Source: Phoronis australis
Taxonomy: Eukaryota; Animalia; Phoronida
Length of the DNA: 64,000 nucleotides
NCBI GenBank assembly: GCA_002633005.1
Contig: NMRA01000061.1
Location: 62,001-126,000 of the forward strand
Reading direction: 5' to 3'
How positions within the stretch are numbered: position 1 is the first letter of the stretch; each line of letters starts with the position of its first letter. The position numbers and the translations under genes were made by a program. Below are positions 1-14,300 of the stretch, one piece after another. The notes beneath the pieces are model-generated. The model worked only from the letters and a program-made list of their open reading frames with translations. It was not told the DNA's origin and did no database searches.

Positions 1-2058
1 ACAGTTGTCATAGATACTGCCACGAGAAGTTGTTTCATCTATTAGATCAGTCTCTGGGACATCTTTCATCTGCATCTCAGAAAACTGGTTATCAAGGCTG
101 GTGGTCAGGTCTCCGCTGAGATTCACTGTTTCAAATGCCTTTGAATAATCCCCAAACAGTGTTTGATCACACTGACCATAGTTGATGACTCCAAATTCTC
201 CGTGGTTGGATGACTTATCGTTCTTCTCCGATTCGGAATCTGAATTGGCATTGAGTGCCAAATTCACAACACCCCCAGCATCTTCTGTACCCGACACGAG
301 AGTCGTCTCTATTTCACGATCTTTGCTCTTTCGATTGATAACGCGTTTTGGTGAAAGCCTGGCAAATCGGCTAGGGCTGCTTCTTTCCACGGATGTCGTT
401 GATCTAGAGGGACTGGTACGGTCACTCGCTGATCTGATGGAACTGAAGCCTATATCAACAGATCTGGCAGGGCTGTACTCCTTATCAAAGGTTCTGGAAG
501 AAGTAGATTCCTGGTCAATGGACTTTGCAGGACTTGCTCGATTTCCGAAAGAGATGCCGTACTTCTTAAATAGATCTTCACTGGAGTTGCTGCTGAAGTT
601 CACAACCATGGGTTTATCATCTTCTGTACGCTCTCCCTCACCAGAGTTCACAAATGACTGCGGTCTGTGTTCGTCTTCTTGCTTGCCACTGAAGTCAGCG
701 TCATCTCCACGATCAGCCGCCATAAATGGAGAATTCCAGATGCCACTCGCTCCAGAAGACTTAAGAGACGGGGTGGCGGGTGTGCCACTGCGTCGTTGCT
801 CATCAAACTTTGGTGATTTGGGACGTTTTATTTTTCTTAACTTGGCAGCCTTGGCATCTTCTCCGGATTCTGTCATTGGCATGTTCATATGACTCTGTGA
901 AATAATTTGTTAAATTGTACAACACAAAAATTAACCCATCCAACTGAAACCTGGTTAGAAATCAAAAATGATTAATTCCAATATTTTGGTATCGCGTTCT
1001 CATACACAACTCATCACAAGTTCTGAAAACATTTATCTTCATAGGCCAACTTGTACACTACGTTACGGAACAGAGTGTAAACAAAAGGATTTGGTAGTGA
1101 TATCACTGTTCGTTTAATTCATAAACAAATTTACTACTTACCTTAGTTTCCCAGGAAAAAGGTGCAGAGTGCTCGTCCTGCCAAGTCCATCCCTGTAACA
1201 ATATGTAATGATGACCAATAGGACCATCTTACATACAAAGACTTACAAAAATTAATGTAAAATTCTATTATTTCTATTACTGTTATTTACATTTAGAGAG
1301 AAGCATTTTGTAAGTTTCTTAGCACTTAGCTATATAGATAAATCATTAAATGTATAGAATAGGTGTTGACATTAGTAAAACAAAAGATTAAACACATAAG
1401 ATATCTTGCAGTGCGGCTGAAGAGAATTGAAAACAATTTCAAATTTGAATTAATTACAAAGCATGTGAATGGCAAGCACATCTTAACAGCTTCAGAGGAG
1501 TGCTATGTACTAGTTGACAAGTCAAGAAAAATCTTGGCACTTATGTTTTCGCTGAAGTCAAGAGACTGATAAGACAAGATTCTTAAAAAGCAAATAAGTG
1601 CACATTCCAATGATGATGATGTGCAGGGTGCCGAGGAGAAAATACACGCTTAAGCAAAAAAGTATTGACTGGGGTTCAGCGGGCAGGCTCCTTTCTGTAA
1701 AAATAACAACTTAACTCAAGACAATATTAAAGTTAGTACTATCTAATCGACACATACAGAAACTGGAAACAAAACTCACATCATTGTCAAAGTCTATGAT
1801 GATCTTTTCTCCACTATCTATGACCAGTTTAGGAAAATACTGCGGGACCTCCTCTGCCTGTGGATGATCTTTATAAAACTCTCGAATCGTTGAATCTACT
1901 ATGTGGTCGTCAATAAGTTGCTCCTGTTTGTCAAAATCCAGTCGTTCCCAATCTTGTTTATAAAGATCTTTCAGTGCTTCTTGGTCCTTCATGATCTTTT
2001 TAGCAATCGAGTTCATCGACGCAAAATAAGCTGGGGCAAGTTCCTCAACTGTAGCCAT
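1..2058 (-). CDS. C1orf198: C1orf198/DUF4706-family protein, 5' part (3' end lies beyond the window start)
   Basis: Exons 2058-1780, 1192-1142 and 894-<1, all GT-AG and phase 0. The translation includes YFASMNSIAKKIMKDQE and WQDEHSAPFSWETKS, matching the recalled conserved C1orf198 signature. Exon 3 is a long open Ser/acidic low-complexity region. Confidence 0.9.
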
Positions 2059-2384
2059 TCTTGACTTGTAATGTCGACAACAGAGGTGAAGGAGCAGGCT
2101 AATTTACCTATTTACAGAAACAAAAGAATTTGCACACCCATCTGTCAATTCGTAAAGCGGAAGTGACCTCTTTTGACTAATTGACGTACCACGTTTTTGT
2201 TTTATAAAAATTACAAATATTGCAAAAATACAGTTTTTATCACATTCCATGGAATACCGCATATTATGTCGCACTTTAATTTTTTTAGAACGCAAAGCTA
2301 CGTTAGATTACATCTATTAATGAATTATTTACAATCACTTTTGCCTGTTTAATAATAAACGTTTACGTCTCATCATTATTCAAG
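2059..2384. promoter_or_regulatory. Putative bidirectional promoter shared by C1orf198-like (-) and PUS10 (+)
   Basis: The two start codons diverge only ~326 bp apart (2058 on -, 2385 on +). The region keeps several CpGs. A YY1-like CAAGATGTCGG overlaps the PUS10 ATG. Confidence 0.6.
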
Positions 2385-5300
2385 ATGTCGGCATCCATGG
2401 GTTTCATGTTTGAGGTATTCTTTCAGAAAGTTTGCAAACTGGAACTTTTAGCTTGCTGTCTGTACTGCACATGGTAGTGATGTTTGTAGAGACACGAAGT
2501 AGCTTTTTGTGTGTAGCATTACATCCAAAGTCACAGAAAAATGTGGCGTACTGGTCAGGAATCAGTTCTAATACCGGTAGCGGTAGGGTAGTCTTCACCC
2601 AGTCTCAGTCAGACAGTGCCACCGTCTGTACTTCTCTAACTTAGAAGTTTTAGTAGTAGAGATGGTGATCCTCCCATAAGGCCTTCATACGCTGGAAGCT
2701 TTTCGGCTAATTATGCTTCACATTGGAATGATTAAAATATTAAAGTCATGTAACGTCGCTATAAGTATAAGTACCTTCTGTGCATACAGCCTGTATGCAC
2801 AGAAGGTACTAGTAGGTGTCCCTGTATTACAGGGACACCTACTAGGTCCTAGGACGACGACCTAGGAGGCAGTCGATGTCATTAACTCCTTCTAACTTGA
2901 ACAAATACTCCCGTGATCAAACATTTTTTAGCAGTCTTTTGTTCCGTTGCCTATATTGGCAACTAGCCATTTTCTCACTGCACACGCCACGGAATATAAT
3001 GTCATATCTTCTGGCGAGTTGGAATGAATTAAAGATACCGATGACAACGTCCTCCTTAGCTGTCCCTCAATGCACCACAGGTACTTATAGCAATGTGACT
3101 TTGATGTGAGGCATAATTCGCAGAAAAGCTTCCAGCGTATGAAGACCCTATGGCTATGAGAAGGCCACCGTCTCTACTGCTACGCATTGAAAGATTGTTT
3201 GTATTTAACTACTTAATTTTATTTTTGTTCAAGAAGGTTATTGACTAGGATTGCGTACGATAAAATCACACTAGTGTAGGATGCAATGTGATTGACAGCT
3301 AAAATTTTATTTTCTTATTTTTCATGTAAAATGTATAGCTCAAAATTAATGTGTTATCATGTTGAAATTTTAAATGATATCTACGATCACACAAACTTTT
3401 AGACATTAACAACGATATAAGAAGACCTTGAAGCATGAGAAAAGAGAAATTTTGGCAACTACGTTGTCTGAAATTTGTAAAGAATTTACGTAATTTCCCC
3501 GTACTTTTTATTTTCAGCATACGTTGTTCTGCACTGATGCTAGCCAAGTTGCCAAATCTGTCAGGATCCTGTCGGAGGCTAACTGTTGCCCTCGCTGTAT
3601 ATTTCGTCTTCTGGGAGAAAAAGATCAAGACACATACCGTAACAACACAGTGCTGGTTTGTATGCTCTTTGGTCTCAATCATTCTGCAAGAGAGTTCAAT
3701 TGCTTGGAATTTTTCTATTTTGGGAGGATTACCTCTTTTTTGGTTTCGATTTCTTTTTATTTGATATCCAGTTTCCATTTTTTTTGTCTCATATTATCAT
3801 TATTTTGACTTTTTTATGCACAAAATGTTTACTTCAGTTGAATTTTACACAGCCCAAAAATATTTCTGATTGTGCCTTAATAAAAGTGTTTTGATTTTAA
3901 GGCGTGATGGGAATGATGAGGAGGTTTTTGGAAATGAGACAAAATTTGTGCCTTTTGAAAGCTTCAGATGGTGGCGTGTGTCTCACTTGTTAAGATACAT
4001 TGTTCTATGATAACCAGTGGTAATATTTTATGAGCTTGTGTTTTCTGTTTTGGTGTTAACATATAACGATGATGAATTTTTTTTTTTTAAATGAAGGAAC
4101 TGACAGACAAACTGAAGCACATGATCAACTGTGATTTGAATGGCGAAGAAACAGATAAACACACAACTAGTTTCAAGGAGTCTCCCTGTGCTGTGTGTGT
4201 GGGGGTTCTTCAAGATGAATTTTGCTCTGAGACATTTCTGGAACAGGTATGTTGACTTTAAGACCCACGGAGCACAGATAATAATAGTAGATCAAGATGA
4301 AATCACAAATTTCAAATTAGAATAATTAGAGTTAGTTGAGTGAATCTTCCCTTTGATGTGATCAGTGAACTCCGTGGTTTATCACTGTGTTATAGGGATG
4401 TACTCCCGCTGTATTAAAAGAACAAAATAATTATAGGTTCCGCGTCAAAAAATGAAAAAAAAAACAACCTGTGGTTTTCAAGGGTGGTGCTTCATGAGGT
4501 TAACACGATTCGTTCATTTCCATGAACAATCAGTATTATTGTCGAGCAGTCTGAAACAGCAAGGGAGCTTAAAATTCTGGAATCCTAGCACATCAATTGA
4601 CTCAAGACTGGTTTGGATTAACAGTTGGCTCACAGCAGGTTGTCACTAGTCTGGTGAAATGCCATTGATTTATTGCTATGGTGCTGTACATAGGTCACTC
4701 TCACTCTCTTCTGGCCTTGTTGGGTGGGCTCTTACTATAATGCTGTATATGGGTCAGTCTTACACTCTTGTGGCCTTGTTGGGTGGCCTCTTACTATAAT
4801 GCTGTATATAAGTCACTCTCACACTCTTCTGGCCTTGTTAGGTGGCCTCTTACTATAATGCTGTATATAGGTCACTCTCACACTCTTCTGGCCTTGTTGG
4901 GTGGCTTCTTACTATCATGCTGTATATAGCTCACTCTCACGTTGTTCTGGCCTTGTTAGATATTGTTGTTTTTTTGAGGATGATGTTGGACTCATCAGAG
5001 CATGTCAAAACTTAAACATCTCATTATTTTTCATTTGTCTGTGTCCATCTATTGGACGCGTATCTAACTACCCATTTTGAGCGATTAAGTCGCACATAAT
5101 GACCTCTATTGTTTTTGTTGGTTACCAAGGTTGACACTGCTGTGCTCAGAGTTCTGATTTTACCTTTGCTTTCTCATTTTTTAGATTCGCCAAAAAATTG
5201 TAGATGAAGGATACGAATATGACGACTACCTGTGTTCGATAACACTGCCTGTTACGCTGCTAATTAGACAGGTAAGGTTGTGAGTGTAAGGTTATTGTTT

Positions 5301-8300
5301 CAGACTAAAAATCTAATGGGATTAGCATCTTTCTGAGTTCATGGCATATATTCCGAAAAGTCGATGGCAGAGAGAATAGTCATAAAATATGAAGTCTCAA
5401 GAAATACTAGTTTTTGTTTGAAGACTCACAACTTCACGTGCATCAGCTGAATATGGCCAGCACTGAGTACATCTTGTTTGGAGATCACAAACATTTTTAA
5501 GTCTGGTCTGCATGCCACCTGTTGGCCATATCACGTGACCTAATGGAGATGTTGAGGAGTTGTGTGGCAAGAAGTGCATCACCTTCATGAAAATGATTTT
5601 TAACAAATGTTTATGTTATCACTGCTAAGTCATCATTTTTATGACTGGTTTGTCTAATTCTCTCGGTATTGTCACGATTTCTTCCAGGATTGATTTTGCT
5701 CTTTTTGGCTTGTGTGTCAACACAGGTGTTTCACTGATGACGGATGCAGGTGTCATCTTGAATGAAGTATGCAGTGACCTCATTAGCTCTTGGTGGTCAT
5801 ATGACAATGCAGAATAGACTGTGCATGTGTTTCCTTTTGCAAAATTCTGACTTCAATTGCTTATTGTCCAAATGCAGCAGTTATGTTTAGTGCTTCTTAG
5901 CAGGGAACTAGTACCATTTTTCCAATGAATATTCAGTGAGAATATAGAAGGAAGTGACTGAACATTGACACAAGGGGATAACTTGGAAAAAACACATTTT
6001 GTAATAATTCCTGTTTCCCAATGGATTTTCACACGTAAACATATAATCTGTCCTGCAATTGACTGCCTGTCACTTTTAGTTGTTCATATGCTTGAATATT
6101 TTTTTATGACCTTTGATATTTCTGTCCTCTGCTTGGCTGAAACGCGGTACGCCTATTTCTGATGTATGATAATATTGACCAAATTAGTGTGGAATATCTC
6201 TTTTCACTCATGCTGTTGGACATAAGATGTAACTATTTGCAATCTGACCAATCAGACACTGCAGAAACCATAAACCCTGACCACGAAGTGAGGAGACGAA
6301 GTCAATACATCAAAACAGGTAACAGCAAGCTAATCTAACAAGAGACGGAACATTATTGAGAAGAATCGTCAGTGTAATTAAACAAAATAAATGTAGTCTG
6401 ATCACTTGAGCATATCTGATCATATGGACCTCGGGAGAGTAATATTGCCCTTGGCATCTGGCCTTGTGCATCATAGCTCTCCCTTGGTCCATATGGCCTG
6501 ATATCACCCTCATGATTGGTCTGTAAATGTATAGTGTTCAACCGTAGCATTGGGTTAAAGATAGTTATCTCCCTTGAAGTTCGTGTCTGTTCGTTTCAGC
6601 ATTCCTTGTGGGTCCTGCTGAGGTCATCGCTCAGGTAAGTAGCAGACTTATTCCCATCACAGTTTGGCTGGTTAGAGAATAGAAAGCACTCTTAGGTTAC
6701 TTTGTCCTTGTGAGAGTAATTGATATGTCCATGTTATTTTACCTCGTCAACACAAGACATGTTAAAATGATAAATCACACGTACCTCTGTGCTTATTGTG
6801 CGTTGCACATTGATTGATATACTCGCACATTAATTAAAAAAGGTAACAAGGATGCGCTCCCGAGGCTCGTTTGCATTCGAGCAAAGATCATGGAAGATGA
6901 GACAACAGACCATATTCATATAAATGCTGTATAAATGAGAAATAATTATAGTTGAACAAGGGAACTATCAGTGGGTCACGTGAGTCTGTGAAATGTGCTT
7001 GCCATCATAAAATTGTTCTAAATATCAAGTTATACACTGCACTATCTTTGAAAACTGTTTTTAGGGTGGAACTCATTTTTTATTTTATCAATAAATATGG
7101 TAAGTTAATGTTCTTTTTACAAGAGTATGCTAACTGGATTGATTCCAGTTTTAAGTTTGCTGCGATTTTGGTTTGACTAAACAGCCATTTTCAATGTAGC
7201 GATGTCATGGTGAGATACGGTTTGCCACAAAGTGGGGATAGGGTACTAGGTGTGCAACGCTCTGCATTCTAGTATGGATATAATGCAGTGGAATATTTTC
7301 CAGCGTTTTTTTATAAATTCTTTGCGACCACCATGCAGTCAAGTTGTCACTATTGTGCAGGGGAGGAATTAAAACAATTCCCAGGTGTCCCAACATTGCA
7401 ATTCGTCTTTATCAAGTCTGCCCATCTTGCTCACCAGAATTAGAAATTGGGTCAAGCTAAGTCTTCTTTGTCACGCTAAAGAGTTGTAAAGTAGAATGTG
7501 TTAGTGCTGTTTGAGACTACAAATATGTTATATTATGTTCGTTTACTTATGATTTGTCAACAAGGCATACTTCTTAAGTAAGAATTATTTGCCTTTTTAC
7601 ACGCTACATGTTGGTCAAATCATGTGACCTCTGAAAAGATTTTTGTACCAACTGGGACTTGAACCCGTTTTTTTCTGCCAACTGTTCAGATGCTTCTAGT
7701 CCACTGAGCTATCGGGACGACTGGTCAATTACAGAAATCTTTTCAGATTTAAATCTAGGTCATGTGATACGACCAACACATGGCAATGATAATTGTTAAT
7801 TATACCATTATCAACACGTTGATTAATGATGACATAATTAATCACATACTTGTGTTGCAGTGAGGTGTACAGTGACATCTCTCTTGATGATGTTGTGCCA
7901 ATTAAAGACGTTTGGAAGTGGATCAATGGCCCTACACTAGGTCTCCTGCTGAAGGTGCCGTTTAGCTTGCAAAGCGGCTTTGAGATCACCTTGTTTTTCA
8001 CTCATGACGAACTTGAAAACGAGTGTTCATTCCTGTAAGAATTTCACAGTTGAGGAGGAGGATAATTTTGTCATTTGTTAAAAGTATAAGTTGAACATTG
8101 CAAGTTTATGTACTGAAATTGAAATTGGATGGCAGTGCATGTTTGAATTAAACTGACTGTCGCAGTGACTTGAATTATCTTTTGTCGTGCCTATTGAACT
8201 TTTTAATTGTATACTAATTGTTCTTTAAATTAATTTCATTCAACGCATATTCAACGTAATTTTAAATTCTAAAAGAACAAGTCATCCGAAATCTTTCAAC

Positions 8301-11300
8301 ACTTGTGTCCTAAACTTGCTCTTAATGTTGTAATTGGGAATTTTTGACATTCATTAATTGTTTGTTTCAGGTATGATTTATATCCAAACATATTCAGAAA
8401 GCGCAAATACGGAAAATATACCCGAAAGGTACAATACGTTTAAAGCCTCATGCTATGCCATGGTTGTAGAAAACTATTGCTCTGCTTCATGTTTTGGAGT
8501 AGAATCGTTTTGATTTTTAATACGGCGAGTGAGTGTTTCTAATAACACTGTAATTAAACCATGGATTGAATAGAATTCACTGATTGCTTCCACGGGAAGA
8601 CTCATTGCTACAAACTTTGCTTATGCGATTATGAAGTGAGCGACTTTAAATTGACTAAGCACTGTGTGAGATTAAACAACATTGCCAATGATCTATTATA
8701 TTGTTGCAATTGATTAAGCATACGAAGGAAGCATATTCTTAGCTGGTTGGTGATGCTTACTTCTATGAGAAGGCTTTGACAGAACTACTGTGCTTAATGT
8801 TTCTGTTTTTTGTATTTGATGCATAGTGTTGACATTCTGTATGTGCGAAATCGATTTTTAAGTGCAAAGCATTCTCTGGTGGCTAAATAATGGATTTTTA
8901 GCACCGCTGACAAATTTTACGATTTATCCGTTAATTGGAAATTACATTTTCTGTTTTGTATTTTCAGTATAAGCTCGAGGTGTTCAACAGGACCAATGTC
9001 TCAAAAGCGCTTAATGACACATCAGACGAGAAATTCAAACAGTGAGCTCTTTCATTGCAGTTTCAGAATTTTGACTGAACTTTTGTGTAGAGTTGGTTGG
9101 GACATCAACCTGATCAGGTGTACCATAGGTCATTGATTGGAATGTCTAATGTGTTGAAAGTTAAGCATTTGTCAGCTGCATTCGTTTGGATAGAAATATG
9201 CAAAGCAAAATCAAACACAACTGTGGCCTGGTGGAATAAGTGTCCGTTGCCTTTACTCAAGGTTGTGAGTTCGATTCTCACCGGGGTACATTGCTAGACC
9301 CTTGAGTGAGGTCTTTGGCTCCTCAGCTCTGAGCAGCCTGGGCATGTCTGGTACTAGAGCACTAAACCTTATTTTTATATAAAACGTGACAAAATCATTC
9401 TCTTATCAATTAAATGCCTGTATTTTGTGAATTCAACTTATTTCCTTCTTCACGGTTAAATTAAGACCCAATCCTGTTGCCGCCTTTATGTGCTTGGTCA
9501 CATGTGAAAACTGCCCACAACTAGCTGTGTTGTTCTATTAGAAATGAGTATGGTTTATTTTGATTACTTTGCAATGATTTGCATGTCTCTGACAAAATCC
9601 TTTAAGTTAACTGGTTTTTACTCGAAATGGAACACAAAATTATGTTGAGCATTTTTTCTCTACTTTTGTGTGAACTCAAGATAAGTGTCTATTATTCTAT
9701 GCTCGAGTAATGACTTACGTGGATAATTTATTAGTCCAGGTTTGCAGCTGATAAACCCAACATTAAGGCTAAAAGTTTGAACTCGAAATTTTGAGATTTT
9801 ACTCAAGTTTGTAGCACAAATATAAAGGTTTTCAAGTGCAAACTTGGACTAGAAACTCATTATGCATAAACTATAATGTATTCGGACACAGTCTGATAAC
9901 CCATTATCTTGAGTTTGCGCAAAAGGTGCAGAGAAATTGCCAAAAGTAATTTCGAGTGCATTTTGATTACAAAGATCAGAGACCGGGCCTTGAAAATATA
10001 TAAAAAGTTAACCGATCTCAGCCAGTGGTGACATTCTGTGATTGATTCATACATTAGTGAATACCTTTAAAACGTGATACTTTAAGTTACACGCCTAAAA
10101 TGATTGGATAAAAATTCTGTTTCCGCATCATGGTAGCTAATTCAGAGTGCATCATCTTGTTAGCTTTCTGGTAAATTCTCCCAGTCAGCAGGAATGGCTA
10201 CTATGATTATTGTCATTGGCTTGCTGTCAGCCATCATACTAGATGACCGCATATCCTAATGAAGGCTGGGCGCCGAAAGGTTTTCTCTCCAAGTTATGCT
10301 AAACCCTGGCTAAATAATCAAATTTACGTTACTATGTACATTTTGAGTGTAGATGGACGCCTTTTGAGTCAATTGTATTTTTTAAATCCTTCCAACTTGA
10401 ACAAATACTCCCACAATCAACTTTGTTTCTAATAGACCATCGTCCCATCAATGCAATTGAACACTGAACGCCATTACTGTCAATGGACTTGAAAATGTAC
10501 AGAGGGTTATGGAGAGGCCGCCCGTCTGCCAGCCATGCTGAGAGGAGGCAGCACAGATGGGGGATCTATCTACCATCATGCTGAGAGGGGGCAGCACAGA
10601 TGGGGGATCTATCTACCATCATGCTGAGAGGGGGCAGCACAGATGGGGGATTTATCTACCATCATGTTAGGGTACTTCTCATGTGTACCATACTCTGTTC
10701 TGTCATTTCAGATTTTCCAAGTGCCCTCCCAAGAAATTATCTTCAGTTTGCAAGTGCTCTGAAATTAGGTATTGCCACAGTTCTGTCTTTCTTGCTGGTA
10801 AGTCTTTACCTCTGGTGTTGCCGTTCTCACACGTGAGTCATGTTCAACAAAGCTAGTTACTTCTGAGACGCTTGTGTTGAGATATCGCGTTCTTTGCGAG
10901 GGACACAGCATTGTGGAAATTTACAAGCTGTACACTTGTCCATTGAAGGAATTGATGTTTTTATCATAGGCAGTACTTTTTGCTTAAATATATCAAAGAA
11001 GGGGTAAATTGTTTTAACTATTAAAATCGGTTTGAGTGTAGAAGAAGCACAAGCTTCCTGTGAGCACCCTTAGGCATCTCCAGTACTGTCTGCTGAATGT
11101 CGTCTGCTTCTTTCCTTTTGCACTTTTATTCCCAAATGAAAGATGCTTTTGTAAAAGGTATTTTATTTGAACCCTTAAAGCGGCTTCAAACACAAGCTCC
11201 TTCGAAGAAGTGAACTTTCATTTTGGATCACTTACCAGTATGAAATTGGTCTCAATTTGTTCCTCACTCAGATGAGAAGTTGTCTGGGTTTGCAAAGGAC

Positions 11301-14300
11301 TGACACTTTGTTATTCCTTGAGACTACGCTTTCTGCATAAGTTGGCATGCCATGACTACCCAACCTGTAGATCCCGGTCTCAAGCAGTATCAAAATGTCA
11401 AGTTTTGCGAAGCCCTGAAGTCGCCTCTTGTTTGACTCAATAGCAATTTAGTGCTTGATCTACATGTATACTAATTTCATTATGATATATATGAAGTTGG
11501 TTTTTGTGATGGAGGGCGGTTTAATTGTTGTTCTTTTGATGAACAAATAAATGTGAAATTTATATCTCTCTCACTTTTGACACCTGGATGAACAAATGTG
11601 AAATTTATATCTGTCTTTAACACTTGCAGGGCGGTACAACAAGTACTCCCGCACTCTGAGTCAGACCCCCTGGGTGGTTGATGGACACCGGAAGACTGAG
11701 TCATCAGTCCAGGAACTCATCTGTGAGAAACTTATAGAAAGAATTCGACCTGATGGTGAGTCATTGGTGATTTCCGCGACCTACTTTATGTTTTGGCTGA
11801 TTATGAGGAGGGATACTTGACTTGTCTTCTTTGTAAACCACATCTGTTACGCATTATAAGAAACTTTGCTTAAATAGACAAACTTAAGTCCAATAAATGC
11901 ATAGGCGTAGCTTTAATAAGTTACGCATTACAAGGTCATGCTGTTGTGTGACACTGTAATAGGTTTACGCACTTCAGATAGGTTGTATTTTGCCTTACTT
12001 AGGTTAAACCCATTGATGTGGTTGGATCTGACTTAAGTGAATTTCACTGTATTTTCTAAAATTGACTTCAGTTGTCATTCACTCTACTACGCATCCCATG
12101 AATATGGAAGTCAGTCAGCAGACAATCAGATTAGGGTGTTACCTATTGACAAGCGTGCCACGCAGCGGCGAGATTTGGCACATTACATCATTTTTATTTA
12201 GAAGTCTTACTCGGTGGCGTGATCGGCTGCACAAGTCCCCTTTTCTGGCAGTTATGAAGCATTAAAAATTGTGTTTCAGAGAAAACGAGGAGGCAAACTT
12301 ACGTGGACAAAATGAAACGTGCTGTGTGTTTCTGAATAAAAGGAATGTTTGAATCTACATTCACATTACCAGGGACTTGAAATGGGTCTGAACCCTTTAC
12401 AGTAAACTCTCTCACTAATTTCATACAAAAGTGATCACCAAAATTGTACTTTTTCAGTTTTCAATTTCATAACATTGCTGTAAATGCTCACAATCTTTCA
12501 AAACATTGTCTGTTGGTAGCCGTTGTGCTGAACTTTGATATGGAAAGGGATTTAGATTGTTATTGTACATCCTTCATGAAAAAAATGAGAAAATCAAAAC
12601 ATTGTCTGTTGGTAGCCGTTGTGCTGAACTTTGATATGGAAAGGAATTTAGATTGTTATTGTACATCCTTCATGAAAAAAATGAGAAAATCAAAATGAAG
12701 TTTCACATGTCTCTCATATTGTGTGTTAAAATGGTGAGATTTTTTGTAATGGGGGATTAGCGAAACAGTTGCAGTTGTTTGAATGTGTTTGGTGGAATTA
12801 CGACTGCTGGAAATCTTGTTTTGCAGAACACAGATTTTCATCTTCTGGCCGGGAAGACGTAGATGTTCGTATGTTAGGAAGAGGTAAATGATATAGTACA
12901 TGGAAATCAATTGTTCCTTTTGGGCACAGCCTCTGTCAGTCTATTATTACTGTTTGGTGTAGTTTGTTAACTAATTTAAATGATTATTTATGCTTCAAGT
13001 GAGTATGTTTTTGCCTTAGATAAAATCTCCCGAATTACAACTCTGATTACATTTAGATGTCTTTTTCGTTGTAGTTGATTTTAAACTATAGGTCATCTCT
13101 GTTGTTCGTTTAAGTGCTAAAGTCATTAAGATCTCAACTATTTTTTTTTCTTCGTCGTAAATAAATGTTTTTATGACAGGGCGGCCTTTCATTGTTGAGT
13201 TTGTCAATCCACGAGTTACGAATATCTCACAAGAAGAGCTAACAGGTTTACAAAAGGTATGGTTTTGTTAAAACAATTACTACTCTAAGGAACTGAAATG
13301 GTCCTGACAATGTGATGAACATCAATGATCAGAAATTGAATTTTGTGATTGGTGATCTTAAGCTAGACCTTTTTCTGTAATTCTGCTTAAAAATCCGTAG
13401 ATGTTGCATAAAATGCTAATTTTCCAGAGATGTTTAAATTGATGTATGGCAAAATCTCATCAGTTTAGGAAACAATTTGGTGGACAAAGAGAGTGAAATT
13501 TATTTTCCCCCATCTCTGCAAATTTTAGCTCTCAGAATTTTATTTTAGTGTAATGGACAATCGCAGATTTAGTGACACCCTGCATTATTTGGGCGGGAAA
13601 ACAGCCATACTCTCCTGCTATATTTTGTATGACTCTTATAAACAAATCCAAAGTAACAATAACTTCCTTATGGAATCAACCTCATGGACGAAAGCCCACC
13701 CTCAACTTCTTGAGAGTTTCGTTTATAAATACCAACGTTTAATTGAATGCCCGCCCTCCAATTTTTTAGTCATTGGATGTAAGTACCCAGGGTGGTAACC
13801 TGGATGAGTATGGTAGTTACAATACATTTTTTAAATTTCCTTTTTAGGCTGTAAATAGTTGTACACGTGATGTCCGCGTAAGAGATCTACAGAGGATCAA
13901 AAAGTAGGTGTGTTTATACACTAATTATCTATTAATACTCACATCAGAGAATGCCATAGTCTTTGGCATTAGTCTGATTTTTTCATCATTACCCACAATG
14001 CTGTGCAAAAGTAGTTCACTTGTTTCACTGTTGTCATCCTTACAATTATTTAGGTGCAAAATTGTTATTATTATTATGCCAGTGAAGTTCTACTCTTCCA
14101 AACTGAATTGAAATGCAAACATAAATAGTTGACCAGCTTACCAAGGTATGATACACAGTTCTTGAGTTGTCTGACTCAGATGTGTGTTAGCTGCTCGACC
14201 ATTTGAAAACTGACAGAGTTAGTCATGCAGTGCATTTTTCGACTTGTGCAAAAGATGGCAGTTGAAGTCTGGATGTGGCTTTTGGGCTTCTTCAAAGGAA

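Noticed and set aside
182-892. 236-aa plus-strand ORF
   Set aside because: It is the antisense shadow of C1orf198-like exon 3, which is open on the minus strand with a proper acceptor.
4677-4959. CRISPR-like array
   Set aside because: The units are contiguous tandem repeats without unique spacers, in a eukaryotic intron, with no cas genes.
7651-7718. Functional tRNA gene
   Set aside because: A and B boxes are present but there is no valid anticodon or acceptor stem; treated as a SINE head. The same applies to 9221 and 28985.
12444-12698. 84-aa ORF with a duplicated Cys-containing peptide
   Set aside because: A by-product of the ~99-bp intronic tandem duplication, which may itself be an assembly artefact.
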